A DNA stretch of 64,000 nt. It comes from Patescibacteria group bacterium (GTDB lineage Bacteria > Patescibacteriota > Patescibacteriia > Patescibacteriales > UBA12465). This document shows positions 27,982 through 37,673 of this stretch, one piece after another (within the stretch, counting starts at the first letter, position 1; every line of letters starts with the position of its first letter). The notes under the pieces are model-generated. The model saw only the letters and a list, made by a program, of their open reading frames with translations, was not told where the DNA came from and ran no database searches. A program made the position numbers and the translations under genes. Location: the NCBI GenBank assembly GCA_050949505.1, contig JBMNFV010000001.1, positions 286,284-350,283 on the forward strand, in the 5' to 3' direction.

Positions 27982-28677
27982 ATGAATAAGGAAGAGATAA
28001 ATTCAGAGTGGCAGGTAGCTCTAAGGGACTACCTTCAAACAGACAGCTTCTTAGCCTTGGCTGAATTTGTTCGTCAAGAATATTTAAGCAAAGAAGTATA
28101 TCCTCCCTTAGAGAACCTATTCAAAGCCTTGACGTTAACACCCTTTTCACAAGTGAAGGTAATTATTTTAGGACAAGACCCTTATCATGGCCCAGGCCAA
28201 GCTCAGGGTCTAAGTTTTTCCGTTCCCGCGGGCGTTCCTTTGCCGCCTTCTTTAAGAAATATCTATCAAGAACTGTTAGCGGACTGCTATCCAGATAAGC
28301 ACTTAGACTGGTCCCTTAGTTCAGGCGACCTGTCGGCTTGGGCCGAGCAAGGAGTGTTGTTGCTTAACGCGATTTTAAGTGTGGTGGCTCAGCAGCCCGC
28401 CTCCCATCGGGGTCAGGGTTGGGAGGAATTTACCGATATGGTGATCAAAACTTTATCAAATGAGCACGAACACTTAGTCTTTTTGCTTTGGGGTAATTAT
28501 GCGCGAGGCAAGAAGGGGCTAATAGACGAGACTAAGCATTTAATTTTAGAAGCTCCGCATCCCTCACCTCTCTCAGCCTATCAAGGCTTCTTTGGTAGTC
28601 GCCATTTTTCCGCTTGTAATCAGCAGTTGAGGCAGTGGGGACAGTCGGAAATAGATTGGCTAAGAGTATTTAAATAG
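27982..28677 (+). CDS. ung: Uracil-DNA glycosylase
   Basis: KVIILGQDPYHGPGQAQGLSFSVP, LLLNAILSVV, LEAPHPSPLSAYQGFFG. Confidence 0.95.
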   Translation: MNKEEINSEWQVALRDYLQTDSFLALAEFVRQEYLSKEVYPPLENLFKALTLTPFSQVKVIILGQDPYHGPGQAQGLSFSVPAGVPLPPSLRNIYQELLADCYPDKHLDWSLSSGDLSAWAEQGVLLLNAILSVVAQQPASHRGQGWEEFTDMVIKTLSNEHEHLVFLLWGNYARGKKGLIDETKHLILEAPHPSPLSAYQGFFGSRHFSACNQQLRQWGQSEIDWLRVFK

Positions 28678-28803
28678 GGTTGCTAGCCTTGATTTTTCTA
28701 AAAATTAACAGTATAGTAGCTAAAGAGATCATTAACATTATTAACCAAACAAGGAGGTCATTGACGAGATTGTTAGAAAGCAGGGTAAGTCAGTGAAATA
28801 ATT

Positions 28804-29184
28804 ATGATAATTGTATATTGCCCCGGTTGCCGTCGGATTAAGATAGAGTCCGAGGCAATCAAAGAAATGGAGCAAAGTTTTAAAGAGGCGGAAGCGGAAG
28901 AAATAGAAGCTGCCCGGGAACAAATAAGACAAGCTAGCTCTCAAGAGGAGTTAGATGAAATTAATCAAAGTCTGGAGCTACAAACCCGACAGTGCCTCTC
29001 AGCAGTTGAAGAATTTGAGGGGGAAATATGGGTAGAGTTAAATGATGCAGAGTGGGGAGCCATACATATGTTTATGAATTCTCCTAATCTGCTTTACATA
29101 GCGGACAACTATGCGGACTATCCGGAGCTCTGTCCCGAGTGCTTATTCGCTCAAGAAAAGAGCGAGCAAGCACAAAAAAACTAA
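28804..29184 (+). CDS. Hypothetical protein with terminal CxxC pairs
   Basis: VYCPGCRR at the N-terminus and ELCPECLF at the C-terminus. Confidence 0.6.
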   Translation: MIIVYCPGCRRIKIESEAIKEMEQSFKEAEAEEIEAAREQIRQASSQEELDEINQSLELQTRQCLSAVEEFEGEIWVELNDAEWGAIHMFMNSPNLLYIADNYADYPELCPECLFAQEKSEQAQKN

Positions 29185-29185
29185 G

Positions 29186-29212
29186 AGAAGGCCTAGCCTT
29201 CTTTTTTTAAGA
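29186..29212 (+). terminator. Terminator-like hairpin plus T run
   Basis: AGAAGGCCTAGCCTTCTTTTTTT. Confidence 0.6.
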
Positions 29213-29313
29213 TAAAATTGAATTAAATTTTAGTTTATTCTTTCCTTTAAATATGCTAATATTTGTCTTAGGCAAAGGAATATCCATTGTTGGGAGATTT
29301 TATTATAAAAAAT

Positions 29314-30831
29314 ATGGTTGAGAGAAATAAGGTAGTATTAATTATTAGAGATGGTTGGGGCTATCGTCAGGCAACTAAGCATAATTATATTGCTGCCGCT
29401 AAAACCCCTAATGAAGACCGCTATTTACAGCAGCACCCCCACGGTTTGCTCCAAGCCAGCGGGGAGGCCGTCGGTCTAAGCAAGGGCTATCAGGGCAACT
29501 CTGAGGTAGGGCATTTAACTCTTGGCTCTGGGAGGATTATTTTCCAAGCCCTAGAGCAAATTAATCAGGCCATAGCTAATGGTGAGTTTTTTAATAATCA
29601 AGCGCTACTTAAACTTATTAACTATTGTCAGAAAAAGAATCAACCCCTTCATCTAATTACCTTGCTACAAACCCAGGGAGTCCATGCTCATCTTGATCAC
29701 CTGTTAGCGCTACTGGACCTTTGTCAGCAGGAGAAATTTAGCAATATCTTAATCCATGTTATTACTGACGGCCGAGATGCACCAGTTACGGAGAGTCTGA
29801 AGCACTTAAGGCGCGTAAATAGGAAGATGGCAGAATTAGGAATTGGCAAGATCGCCACTATCTCTGGTCGCTATTATGCCATGGATAGAGACCAGCGCTG
29901 GGCGAGAACTAAGTTGGCCTATCAAGCAATAGCTCAAGGACAGGGCAGGGAGTTTATTGAGCCAATTAAATTCCTTAAAGCCTGTCATCAGGCCGGTGAG
30001 ACGGATGAGTTTATCAAACCAAGTTGTGCTAAGGGATATCAAGGAATAGAGTCAGGAGCGGGGGTGATTTTTGTTAATTTCCGCACAGATAGAACCAGGC
30101 AGCTAACCCAGGCCCTAAGCGAGCCTCAGTTTGCTGGGTTTAAGCGCCAATTAATCCCCTTGAAGATGGTAAGCATGACCAACTACTACCAACAGCAAGT
30201 AGCAAAAATAGCTTTTCCTAATCAAAAATTAACTAAATTGCTAGGAGAAGTGGTTGCTCAAGCGGGACTAAGACAATTAAGGATTAGTGAGACGGAAAAA
30301 TATGCCCATGTCACTTTTTTCTTTAATGGGCAAAAAGAAGTTCCCTTTCAGGGAGAGGACAGAATTTTAATCAAGTCTCCTCAAGTTGCTACCTATGACC
30401 TACAACCAGAGATGAGTGCCCCAAAAATTAGTCAGGCCTTGTGTCGGGAAATTAAGACTGAAAAATATGACTTAATTATTGTAAATTTAGTAAATGGTGA
30501 TATGGTCGGACATACCGCTAAGCACCAGGCGATTATCAAGGCCATTGAGGCGGTTGATAAAGCTCAGGGAGAAATAGTTAAGGCCGCCCTAGCTAAAAAC
30601 TATACCTGCCTATTATTAGCTGACCATGGCAATGCAGAAGACAAGGGACCCAAAACCATGACTAGCCATACCACTAATCCCGTGCCGGTAATTTTAGTTA
30701 GCAATCGTCCAGCTCTGCAAGCCAAGAAATTTAGGCGAGGCGGAGGACTACAAGATGTTGCCCCCACTATCCTTGCCCTACTAGGGCTAAACAAACCCCG
30801 GGAAATGACTGGAGAAAACCTGTTGAGCTAG
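29314..30831 (+). CDS. gpmI: 2,3-bisphosphoglycerate-independent phosphoglycerate mutase
   Basis: VVLIIRDGWGYR, GNSEVGHLTLGSGR, HVITDGRDAPV, RYYAMDRDQRW, LLADHGNAEDK. ATG at 29314 preferred over upstream TTG at 29287. Confidence 0.92.
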   Translation: MVERNKVVLIIRDGWGYRQATKHNYIAAAKTPNEDRYLQQHPHGLLQASGEAVGLSKGYQGNSEVGHLTLGSGRIIFQALEQINQAIANGEFFNNQALLKLINYCQKKNQPLHLITLLQTQGVHAHLDHLLALLDLCQQEKFSNILIHVITDGRDAPVTESLKHLRRVNRKMAELGIGKIATISGRYYAMDRDQRWARTKLAYQAIAQGQGREFIEPIKFLKACHQAGETDEFIKPSCAKGYQGIESGAGVIFVNFRTDRTRQLTQALSEPQFAGFKRQLIPLKMVSMTNYYQQQVAKIAFPNQKLTKLLGEVVAQAGLRQLRISETEKYAHVTFFFNGQKEVPFQGEDRILIKSPQVATYDLQPEMSAPKISQALCREIKTEKYDLIIVNLVNGDMVGHTAKHQAIIKAIEAVDKAQGEIVKAALAKNYTCLLLADHGNAEDKGPKTMTSHTTNPVPVILVSNRPALQAKKFRRGGGLQDVAPTILALLGLNKPREMTGENLLS

Positions 30832-31013
30832 GGTTTCTTTAGTTTTAAAGTTAATCGTAAAGAGAAGATAATATTTTAATTAGCTTCTTTTTTTAATAAA
30901 AACTTTAAATAATTGACAAGATTAGTTATTTTAGGTAATATATCAATAATTCTTTAACAATAATGGCCCAACAAAAATACTGGGCTTAATATTAACCAAA
31001 AAAAATTGTAAAA

Positions 31014-31436
31014 ATGAAAAAGAACGGAAAAAAAAGAGGAGAATGGGTGTTAAGAGATCAGGTCTGGATGCGCAATGGGGTGTATTACCCTAACGTAGCC
31101 CGGATCAAGTCGGACAGAGTATTACGCTGTACCGATGTCAGAAATTATTTTTTACCAGGCACTTTTGTGCATTATTGCACAAACCTGGTTTACCGGGAAG
31201 AGTTTGCTAAGGGTGAAGTCCTTTATCTTGCTTCCGTAAAGGAGGTAGATGGGAACAACTCTTGCCCCATCCCATTGGGGATGTTGGAGTTCACTCCCAG
31301 ACAAAAGAGAGAACTATTAGCTGAGGGAATTCCTCCTGAAGCTTTTAAAAAACTCCCCTCCAGGGTCTTTCCAAATGACCTGGAGGAGCCTTATGGATTA
31401 GATTTGGGGAGCGTTTATGACTTCTGGGAATACTAA
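31014..31436 (+). CDS. Hypothetical protein
   Basis: 140-aa ORF followed by a terminator hairpin. Confidence 0.55.
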   Translation: MKKNGKKRGEWVLRDQVWMRNGVYYPNVARIKSDRVLRCTDVRNYFLPGTFVHYCTNLVYREEFAKGEVLYLASVKEVDGNNSCPIPLGMLEFTPRQKRELLAEGIPPEAFKKLPSRVFPNDLEEPYGLDLGSVYDFWEY

Positions 31437-31459
31437 TCTCAGAAGCATTTAGAAATATT

Positions 31460-31486
31460 AGGAGCTTGAAATAAGCTCCTTTTTTA
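31460..31486 (+). terminator. Intrinsic terminator
   Basis: AGGAGCTT-gaaat-AAGCTCCTTTTTT. Confidence 0.75.
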
Positions 31487-31699
31487 TTATCTCGGGTTTA
31501 ATGGTCAAAAATGGTTGGTGAAAACACAGTTAATTTGCTTGACCTGGCCAGTTAAATGGCTTAGAATGAAGGGAAATCTAATTTAAAGCAAATTAGTGAT
31601 TGTTTTTTAACAAATAATTAACACTTTGGATTGATAGTCAGTCCCGTAGCTTATTGGCCTGACTATCAATCTAATGTTTAATTTAAAAATAGTTTTATC

Positions 31700-33193
31700 A
31701 TGAGAAAAAAATCTTTTTTTACCATGGGCTTAGCGATAGTTAGCCTGGTAGCAGTTGTATTATTATCTGGTTGTGAGCTAGACTATTTCGAAAGAAATAG
31801 TCCCATCGAAGAGGTTCCCAAGATAGTGTCTATAGAAATGAGGGGAATTTGGGCGGAAAGTGTTCACATTTCTATTGAAGTGAATGTCAGTCTAGATGAA
31901 TATGATCTGAGCCTTAAAGTTAACGAAGCTTCTCAAGTTAAAATAACAAGCAGGGTCAGAGAAAAATATTTACGTGTTCATAAGCTGGACAATCTAGAGC
32001 CAGATACGGATTATTCTGTGGAGATTATTCTCCATAACAACAAAGGTGAGGAGGTAGATAGAGGAGAGATTTCTTTTAGAACCGACATCCGATATGTAAC
32101 TGAAGGCGATGCCTTTATTATACCTGGAGCAAGAATCATGTTTGTAGCAACAGACTCAGAGGAGGCAGTTTATGCTATTGGTACCTACGGAGGAAGACCC
32201 AGAGACAAAGACAGCTTTGTCGCTAAAATGGATAACAAGGGAAAGTTATTATGGCGAAATAATATCATTACTCCTGGGCATAGCCATGGTGCTTCTATAA
32301 ATCCAATATTGGTTGATGAGGAAAAGAATTGCTTATATTTTCTTAATCACCAAAATTGCTCTGGTCCAATAAAAAAGGAAAATTTTTTCATTAACTCTTA
32401 TCGCCTAGATGATGGTGAGTTAAATTGGAGTAAAGATTACCAGGGAACATTTTCTTATGCTAAGTTTGACCTTGATAAAAACATAGTTATTTGCTTTGAC
32501 GACAGGGGGATTTATAAAATAAATTCCCAGGGAGATGTTATTGACTCTTATACTGGCGAGCATCGGGAAGGGGTAATCTATTTCTATCAAGAAAATGGTA
32601 TAAATAAGTTGCTTTTGGTTAATGTTAAGAAGAGTGAAGAGAAGAGTGAAGATTGGACAGATTATGTAAAAGTAGTAGCGATTGTTTACCAAGATTTCTT
32701 TAAAGTTAAGTTGTCTGAGGCAAGCATAGAGAAGCATCAACTGGGATCGCCTTTTAGAATGACTGGCCTTATTAGATTAGAATCGGAAGACAGGTTTGAG
32801 GCTGAATTCGTTGGCTATTATAGGAGATTTAATATGGATGAAAGTTTTAAGATTTGCGCTAACTTAACGATCTCAGGAAGGTTTGATGGAGACAGTATTC
32901 ACTCATTAGGAATGGGAGGTCTTAGGGAGTATACTGTTTATACAGAGAGGATGCCAGGGGGCCCCTATTATATAGAAACTGAAGATTACTATTTTGAAGT
33001 ACATGAGACTTTTTTTACTAAACCCTACTGGAATAGCAAGAAGCCGGGTATTCCATCGGTAGGATCTAATACAGAGATGTCAGGACGGATAGCCCCAACT
33101 GAATGGGGAGGGTATATGTCAATAGGGGATGGATTTGATATAGTGGGGAAAGTCTATCATCCCGATTGGGCTTGGTTAGAACAATTTGACTGA
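31700..33193 (+). CDS. Secreted lipoprotein with Fn3-like and beta-propeller-like regions
   Basis: Lipobox-like LLSGC; HKLDNLEPDTDYSVEIILHN (Fn3-like); repeated FVAKMDNKGKLLWRNNI / YRLDDGELNWSKDY blocks. Confidence 0.7.
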   Translation: MRKKSFFTMGLAIVSLVAVVLLSGCELDYFERNSPIEEVPKIVSIEMRGIWAESVHISIEVNVSLDEYDLSLKVNEASQVKITSRVREKYLRVHKLDNLEPDTDYSVEIILHNNKGEEVDRGEISFRTDIRYVTEGDAFIIPGARIMFVATDSEEAVYAIGTYGGRPRDKDSFVAKMDNKGKLLWRNNIITPGHSHGASINPILVDEEKNCLYFLNHQNCSGPIKKENFFINSYRLDDGELNWSKDYQGTFSYAKFDLDKNIVICFDDRGIYKINSQGDVIDSYTGEHREGVIYFYQENGINKLLLVNVKKSEEKSEDWTDYVKVVAIVYQDFFKVKLSEASIEKHQLGSPFRMTGLIRLESEDRFEAEFVGYYRRFNMDESFKICANLTISGRFDGDSIHSLGMGGLREYTVYTERMPGGPYYIETEDYYFEVHETFFTKPYWNSKKPGIPSVGSNTEMSGRIAPTEWGGYMSIGDGFDIVGKVYHPDWAWLEQFD

Positions 33194-33212
33194 TAGTCCT
33201 AAATAAAATAAA

Positions 33213-33243
33213 GCTCCGAGAAAAAATCTCGGAGTTTTTTATT
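33213..33243. terminator. Bidirectional terminator between convergent genes
   Basis: CTCCGAGA-aaaaa-TCTCGGAGTTTTTTA. Confidence 0.75.
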
Positions 33244-33257
33244 ACAGTCCCTAAAGT

Positions 33258-33629
33258 TTATTTTAATTCTTTTTCAAAAAAGTCTAGCACCTGTCTAAGA
33301 CCGAGATAGCAAGTGGCCCGCTGGCGACCATCAAAGACAAAGGGGACCCCGGCTTGACTGCGATCTAGTCCGCAGCTAGCGGCCTTCTCATAAAATAGCT
33401 GAGACTGCTCAGGAGAAGAAATCTCATAACTGAGGAAGGCTAGAGAATTAGGCAGTTGCTGTTCGGTGATAAATTCGTTTATTGTTAAGCAGTGAGGACA
33501 GCGTTGTCCGTAGAAATAAATCACTTTAGGAGGAGCGGTGCAGCGACTAATTACTAGGCCAATAATCAAGAAAAATAAAACAAAACTAATGAAATAAGCT
33601 AGGAAGAAGTTTTTTCTAGGCTGGCTCAT
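33258..33629 (-). CDS. Membrane-anchored thioredoxin/glutaredoxin-like protein
   Basis: N-terminal TM; IYFYGQRCPHCLTINEF (CxxC). Confidence 0.75.
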   Translation of the reverse strand: MSQPRKNFFLAYFISFVLFFLIIGLVISRCTAPPKVIYFYGQRCPHCLTINEFITEQQLPNSLAFLSYEISSPEQSQLFYEKAASCGLDRSQAGVPFVFDGRQRATCYLGLRQVLDFFEKELK

Positions 33630-33635
33630 AAATTA

Positions 33636-35375
33636 CTATTGATAACGACTATTTTTGTCTAAAATCTCTTGAATAAAGTCAGAGCGGCTAATAGCTCGGG
33701 TCTCATTAGTGCCCCGATCACGGACTGCTAAAGTGGTGGAGTTCATTTCTTGATCACCAATTACTAGCAGATAGGGAACTTTTTCTTGGGTAGCTTTCCT
33801 GATCTTATTGCCCACCGTTTCATTACTACCGTCTAGCTCCACCCTTATTCCTGCTTTGCTAAATAGTTCGGCTAATTCTTGACAGGCGGCTTGATGGGCC
33901 TCGGCCACCGAAATTAACTTAACTTGAACGGGGGCTAACCAGACCGGGAAGGCCCCAGCATAGTGCTCAATAATCACTCCCAGGAAGCGTTCAATGGAGC
34001 CTAAAATAGCTCGGTGAATAACTACGGGAGTTTGGGCCTGGCCCGCGGCATCCGTATATTTAAGTTCAAAGCGTTGGGGTAGTTGAAAGTCTAGCTGAAT
34101 AGTTGCTAATTGCCATTGGCGGCCAATAGCATCTTTAACCTTAACATCAATTTTAGGGCCATAAAACGCGCCGTCACCTTCATTAATAGTGTAGGCTAAG
34201 TTAGCGGTCTCTAAGGCAGTTTTTAAATTATCCTCGGCCTCATCCCAAACTTCTTTTTCTCCTAAAAAGCTATCTGGACGAGTAGAGAGATGAATCTCAT
34301 CAATTTCTAGGGAGAATATTTGATAAACTTGTTTAACCCGATCTAGCAGGGCAATGATCTCTTCAAGAATTTGATCGGGGCGACAAAAGAGATGGCTATC
34401 ATCTTGAGACAGACTCCTGACCCGAGTTAGGCCATGGAGCGTGCCAGACTTTTCATTACGGTAAAGAGTGCTAGTCTCAGCTAGACGTAAGGGTAGGTCA
34501 CGATAGGAGTGAAGATTACGTTTAAAGACTAACATATGGGCCGGACAGTTCATCGGCTTAACCCCGTAGTCACTTTCTCCTTCGGCCTGGTGGATGATAA
34601 ACATATCTTCTTGGTAGTGGTCCCAGTGGCCAGAAGTTTTCCAAAGTTCTGCATTTAACAGGTGAGGAGTGCGCACTTCTTGATAACCGGGGCCGTAGGA
34701 AATCTCTCTGACTAATTTAGTCAATTGTGAGAGTAGGACAAAACCTTTAGGAAGAAAGAAGGGCATACCGGGAGCAAAGTCGTGGAGCATAAATAGGTCT
34801 AATTCCTTACCCAATTGTCGGTGGTCGCGCTTTTCCGCCTCAGCGAGCATTAGTAGGTGGGCGGCTAATTCTTCCTTGGTATCAAAAGCGAGGCCATAAA
34901 TACGGGTTAACATTTTGTTTTTTTCATCACCCCGCCAATAGGCGCCGGCTAGTTTGTGGAGTTTAAAAGAGCCAGGCTTAATCTCTTTAGTATTAGCGAC
35001 ATGCGGACCACGACAGAGGTCAGTGAACTTACCAACGGTATAAAAACTTAGCTTAGTTTCTCCTTCTTTAGCTAAGTCTTCTATTATCTCCACCTTGTAG
35101 TCCTCTTGGCGCTCTTTAGCAGCAGCTAGGGCTAGAGTTAGCTCCTGTTCCTCGTGACTAAAGTCTAAATTCTGCTTAGCTAAATGACTCATCTTTTTCT
35201 CAATAGTCTTCAGATCAGCTTCACTTATCTTAGTTTCGCCAAAATCAATATCATAATAGAAGCCAGTATCAATATCAGGGCCAATAGCTAGCTTAGCGCT
35301 TGGCCAGAGCTCTAGCACCGCACTGGCTAGCAAGTGGGCGAGACTGTGACGCTTGGTGCTAATCGGAGTGTTCAT
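33636..35375 (-). CDS. thrS: Threonyl-tRNA synthetase
   Basis: HSLAHLLASAV, GPDIDTGFYYD, MNCPAHMLVFK, LSQDDSHLFCRPDQI, HRAILGSIERF. Confidence 0.95.
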   Translation of the reverse strand: MNTPISTKRHSLAHLLASAVLELWPSAKLAIGPDIDTGFYYDIDFGETKISEADLKTIEKKMSHLAKQNLDFSHEEQELTLALAAAKERQEDYKVEIIEDLAKEGETKLSFYTVGKFTDLCRGPHVANTKEIKPGSFKLHKLAGAYWRGDEKNKMLTRIYGLAFDTKEELAAHLLMLAEAEKRDHRQLGKELDLFMLHDFAPGMPFFLPKGFVLLSQLTKLVREISYGPGYQEVRTPHLLNAELWKTSGHWDHYQEDMFIIHQAEGESDYGVKPMNCPAHMLVFKRNLHSYRDLPLRLAETSTLYRNEKSGTLHGLTRVRSLSQDDSHLFCRPDQILEEIIALLDRVKQVYQIFSLEIDEIHLSTRPDSFLGEKEVWDEAEDNLKTALETANLAYTINEGDGAFYGPKIDVKVKDAIGRQWQLATIQLDFQLPQRFELKYTDAAGQAQTPVVIHRAILGSIERFLGVIIEHYAGAFPVWLAPVQVKLISVAEAHQAACQELAELFSKAGIRVELDGSNETVGNKIRKATQEKVPYLLVIGDQEMNSTTLAVRDRGTNETRAISRSDFIQEILDKNSRYQ

Positions 35376-35399
35376 ATAGTTTAATTTAAGTTAGTTAAT

Positions 35400-35575
35400 A
35401 AAAAATCCCCTCCCCGCTAAAACAAAAAACTTGTTTTAGCTGGGACGGGATTATTCATCTCGCGGTTCCACCCAGTTTCTAAGTTAATAACTTAGCGCTT
35501 CATTAATGGCCTTAGGACAGACTTAAGAGCAAGCTCTTAACTAGGCTTGGTAGACCTAGCAATCAGCCATGAGTG
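35400..35575 (-). promoter_or_regulatory. T-box leader of thrS with antiterminator and terminator
   Basis: On the minus strand: ACTGGGTGGAACCGCGAGAT...CCCGTCCCAGC (T-box), then AGCTAAAAC..GTTTTAGC..GGGGATTTTTT terminator. Possible specifier ACC (Thr) at 35549-35551 in GCTAGG-tctACCaag-CCTAG. Confidence 0.85.
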
Positions 35576-35615
35576 TTAATATTATAGGCCTAATGATTAT
35601 AAAAGTAAAGGGGAG

Positions 35616-36308
35616 CTAGCCCTTAGCTACCACTAAACCCCAAACTGCTAAGGCTCCTTGCTCTCTTAAAATTCGACTAGCCTCGTTTAAGGTGGCTCCA
35701 GTGGTAATCACATCATCTAGCAAGATAATAGTTTTTCCGGCTAAGCTTTCTCCTGTCCAGGTAAAAACATTAGCCACGTTTTCTAAACGTTGCTCTCGCT
35801 TAAGCTTGGCTTGGGGAGGACGGTGTCGGGGACGTTTAAGCTGCCCACTTAATTGCCAGCCATAAGTTTCACTAAGAATTTCTGCTAGTAGCTGGGTTTG
35901 GCTAAAGCCGCGCCAAGCTTGTCGTCTAGAGCTTAGGGGCAGGGGGATAAGGAGAACTGATTTAGAGGCTAAAGGGGCAATTAATTGAGGATATTTCTTT
36001 AGAGCGCTTACTAAATATTTCCCTAAAATTAGGCTAAGGGGAGCCAGGAATCTATATTTATAATAAATAATCAAGCGTTTTAATAAAGGGTCTTGCTCGT
36101 AGTGGCCAATGATAATTAAGTTATCAAGTTGATCACTAATTAAACCCTGACTGAGCCTCACTTGGCTAGCGGGAGGCAGATAGCTTAATTTATTAAAACA
36201 AGCATCACAAAAATAGCAGCCTTCTTGGCGGCAGTTTAAGCACTCTAAGGGTAAAATAAGATCAAGCAACCAGTGCTTGATCCGAGTAAATAATTTTCGC
36301 ACGAGCAA
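35616..36308 (-). CDS. ComF-family phosphoribosyltransferase-like protein
   Basis: Zinc-finger CLNCRQEGCYFCDACF; TIILLDDVITTGATLNE (PRPP loop). Confidence 0.9.
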   Translation of the reverse strand: MLVRKLFTRIKHWLLDLILPLECLNCRQEGCYFCDACFNKLSYLPPASQVRLSQGLISDQLDNLIIIGHYEQDPLLKRLIIYYKYRFLAPLSLILGKYLVSALKKYPQLIAPLASKSVLLIPLPLSSRRQAWRGFSQTQLLAEILSETYGWQLSGQLKRPRHRPPQAKLKREQRLENVANVFTWTGESLAGKTIILLDDVITTGATLNEASRILREQGALAVWGLVVAKG

Positions 36309-36312
36309 TTAT

Positions 36313-37581
36313 TTAGTAGCTTAATTTTATTTCATTAACAGTCCCACTATATTTATCTAAGAAGTATAAATAGTCCTGGTTTTCAGAGACTACCATTTGG
36401 GAGACATTAAAGAAGCCATCAGGAATAGCGATAATCTTTTTGCCACCAGTAGTTAAGTCTATCTTGTAAATAGTGTCAGGGAATTCATCAGCTAAGCTAG
36501 GGAACATGCCGGCGCCTTCAGGCATTTCGGCGGGAACGGCGCAGTATAAATCAGTTTCTGAGGCAAAGGCACATTTATTAGACCAAGTCATTAAACCGAG
36601 CTGATGACGATTTTCACCAATGGTATTAACCTGCGCATTAACGACCCATAAACGAGGACTATAATTATCACGACTACTGTAAACACTATAGAGCAGTTTC
36701 TCTCCCTCAGGGGACCATTGTGATTGGAAGTTTCGTCCTTCAATAATAGTAGATTTAAAGTTTTCACCATTAAGACCAACGAAGAAAACTTCTTGACGAT
36801 CAAAGCTCACGCCCTCGGTATTTAAAGCTACAATTTGTCCCGCGGGAGACCAGCTAGGATAGACATAAGGGTGGCGATCACCAATGGGCTCTACTCCAAC
36901 TGCCCGAGAACCATCGGCATTAGCAGCGATTAGCCAGCTATCGGAGGAGTCGTAGCCAATATTTTTAGCCGCAATACGTTCGCCATCAGCGGAGAAGCTA
37001 AAGTCTTCCCAGTGGGAGGGAAGGGTGACTTGCTTTTGGCTATTAAAGTCATAGACAATTTTATTGCCATCTGGATAGGTTAAAATCGCCTTATCACCTC
37101 GTTTGGCCCAAGTAACTTGCCGAACGGAGTGGAAGACTCGGTCGCTTAAGGTAGTTTTGCTGCCATCAGGATTGAGTTTATAGAACAAACCGGAGGAGCG
37201 GTCATAATATTGTAAATTACCACCTTGATTGAGGGTAATCCCTAAAGAAGGTTCGGGGTTAATGGGAGTGACTAGGGTTTTTCCTCCTAAGGCTACTTCG
37301 CTAGGAGCACCTAAGCTAGGGTCACCAGGGCGAGGGTTGATTGCTTGATTGGGGTCAGTAATACCCGGGAGTCCCCCGTCTTCGCCAGGAGAGTATTCGC
37401 CTGGAGTACTAGGCCCCGGAGAGGGAAATTCTCCAGGAGTACCAGGCGGGGTAATGTCAGGAGGGCTAATTAGGGAAGTTGACTTAAAAAATACTTGCCA
37501 GATAAAGTAGCCGATGATGAAGATTAAAGCGGTGAAGCCTAAGAGGAGAAAAAATCTTTTATAGCGAGAAAAGAAACTCAT
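36313..37581 (-). CDS. Membrane-anchored WD40/TolB-like beta-propeller protein
   Basis: N-terminal TM; repeated FSADGERIAAKN, YPSWSPAGQIVALN, QWSPEGEKLLYSV. Confidence 0.7.
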   Translation of the reverse strand: MSFFSRYKRFFLLLGFTALIFIIGYFIWQVFFKSTSLISPPDITPPGTPGEFPSPGPSTPGEYSPGEDGGLPGITDPNQAINPRPGDPSLGAPSEVALGGKTLVTPINPEPSLGITLNQGGNLQYYDRSSGLFYKLNPDGSKTTLSDRVFHSVRQVTWAKRGDKAILTYPDGNKIVYDFNSQKQVTLPSHWEDFSFSADGERIAAKNIGYDSSDSWLIAANADGSRAVGVEPIGDRHPYVYPSWSPAGQIVALNTEGVSFDRQEVFFVGLNGENFKSTIIEGRNFQSQWSPEGEKLLYSVYSSRDNYSPRLWVVNAQVNTIGENRHQLGLMTWSNKCAFASETDLYCAVPAEMPEGAGMFPSLADEFPDTIYKIDLTTGGKKIIAIPDGFFNVSQMVVSENQDYLYFLDKYSGTVNEIKLSY

Positions 37582-37673
37582 AAATGCTTGTTTAATGTTT
37601 TAAATTAAGATATAATTAGTATATCTTAAAAGTTGAGATTATTCAATCAAATTCTTTTTTATTATTTAAGATT

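Noticed and set aside
28741-28944. Minus-strand 67-aa ORF before the CxxC protein
   Set aside because: Overlaps the start of a better-supported plus-strand gene; hydrophobic only because of AT-rich composition.
32420-32740. 106-aa minus-strand ORF inside the lipoprotein gene
   Set aside because: Antisense shadow without recognisable motifs.
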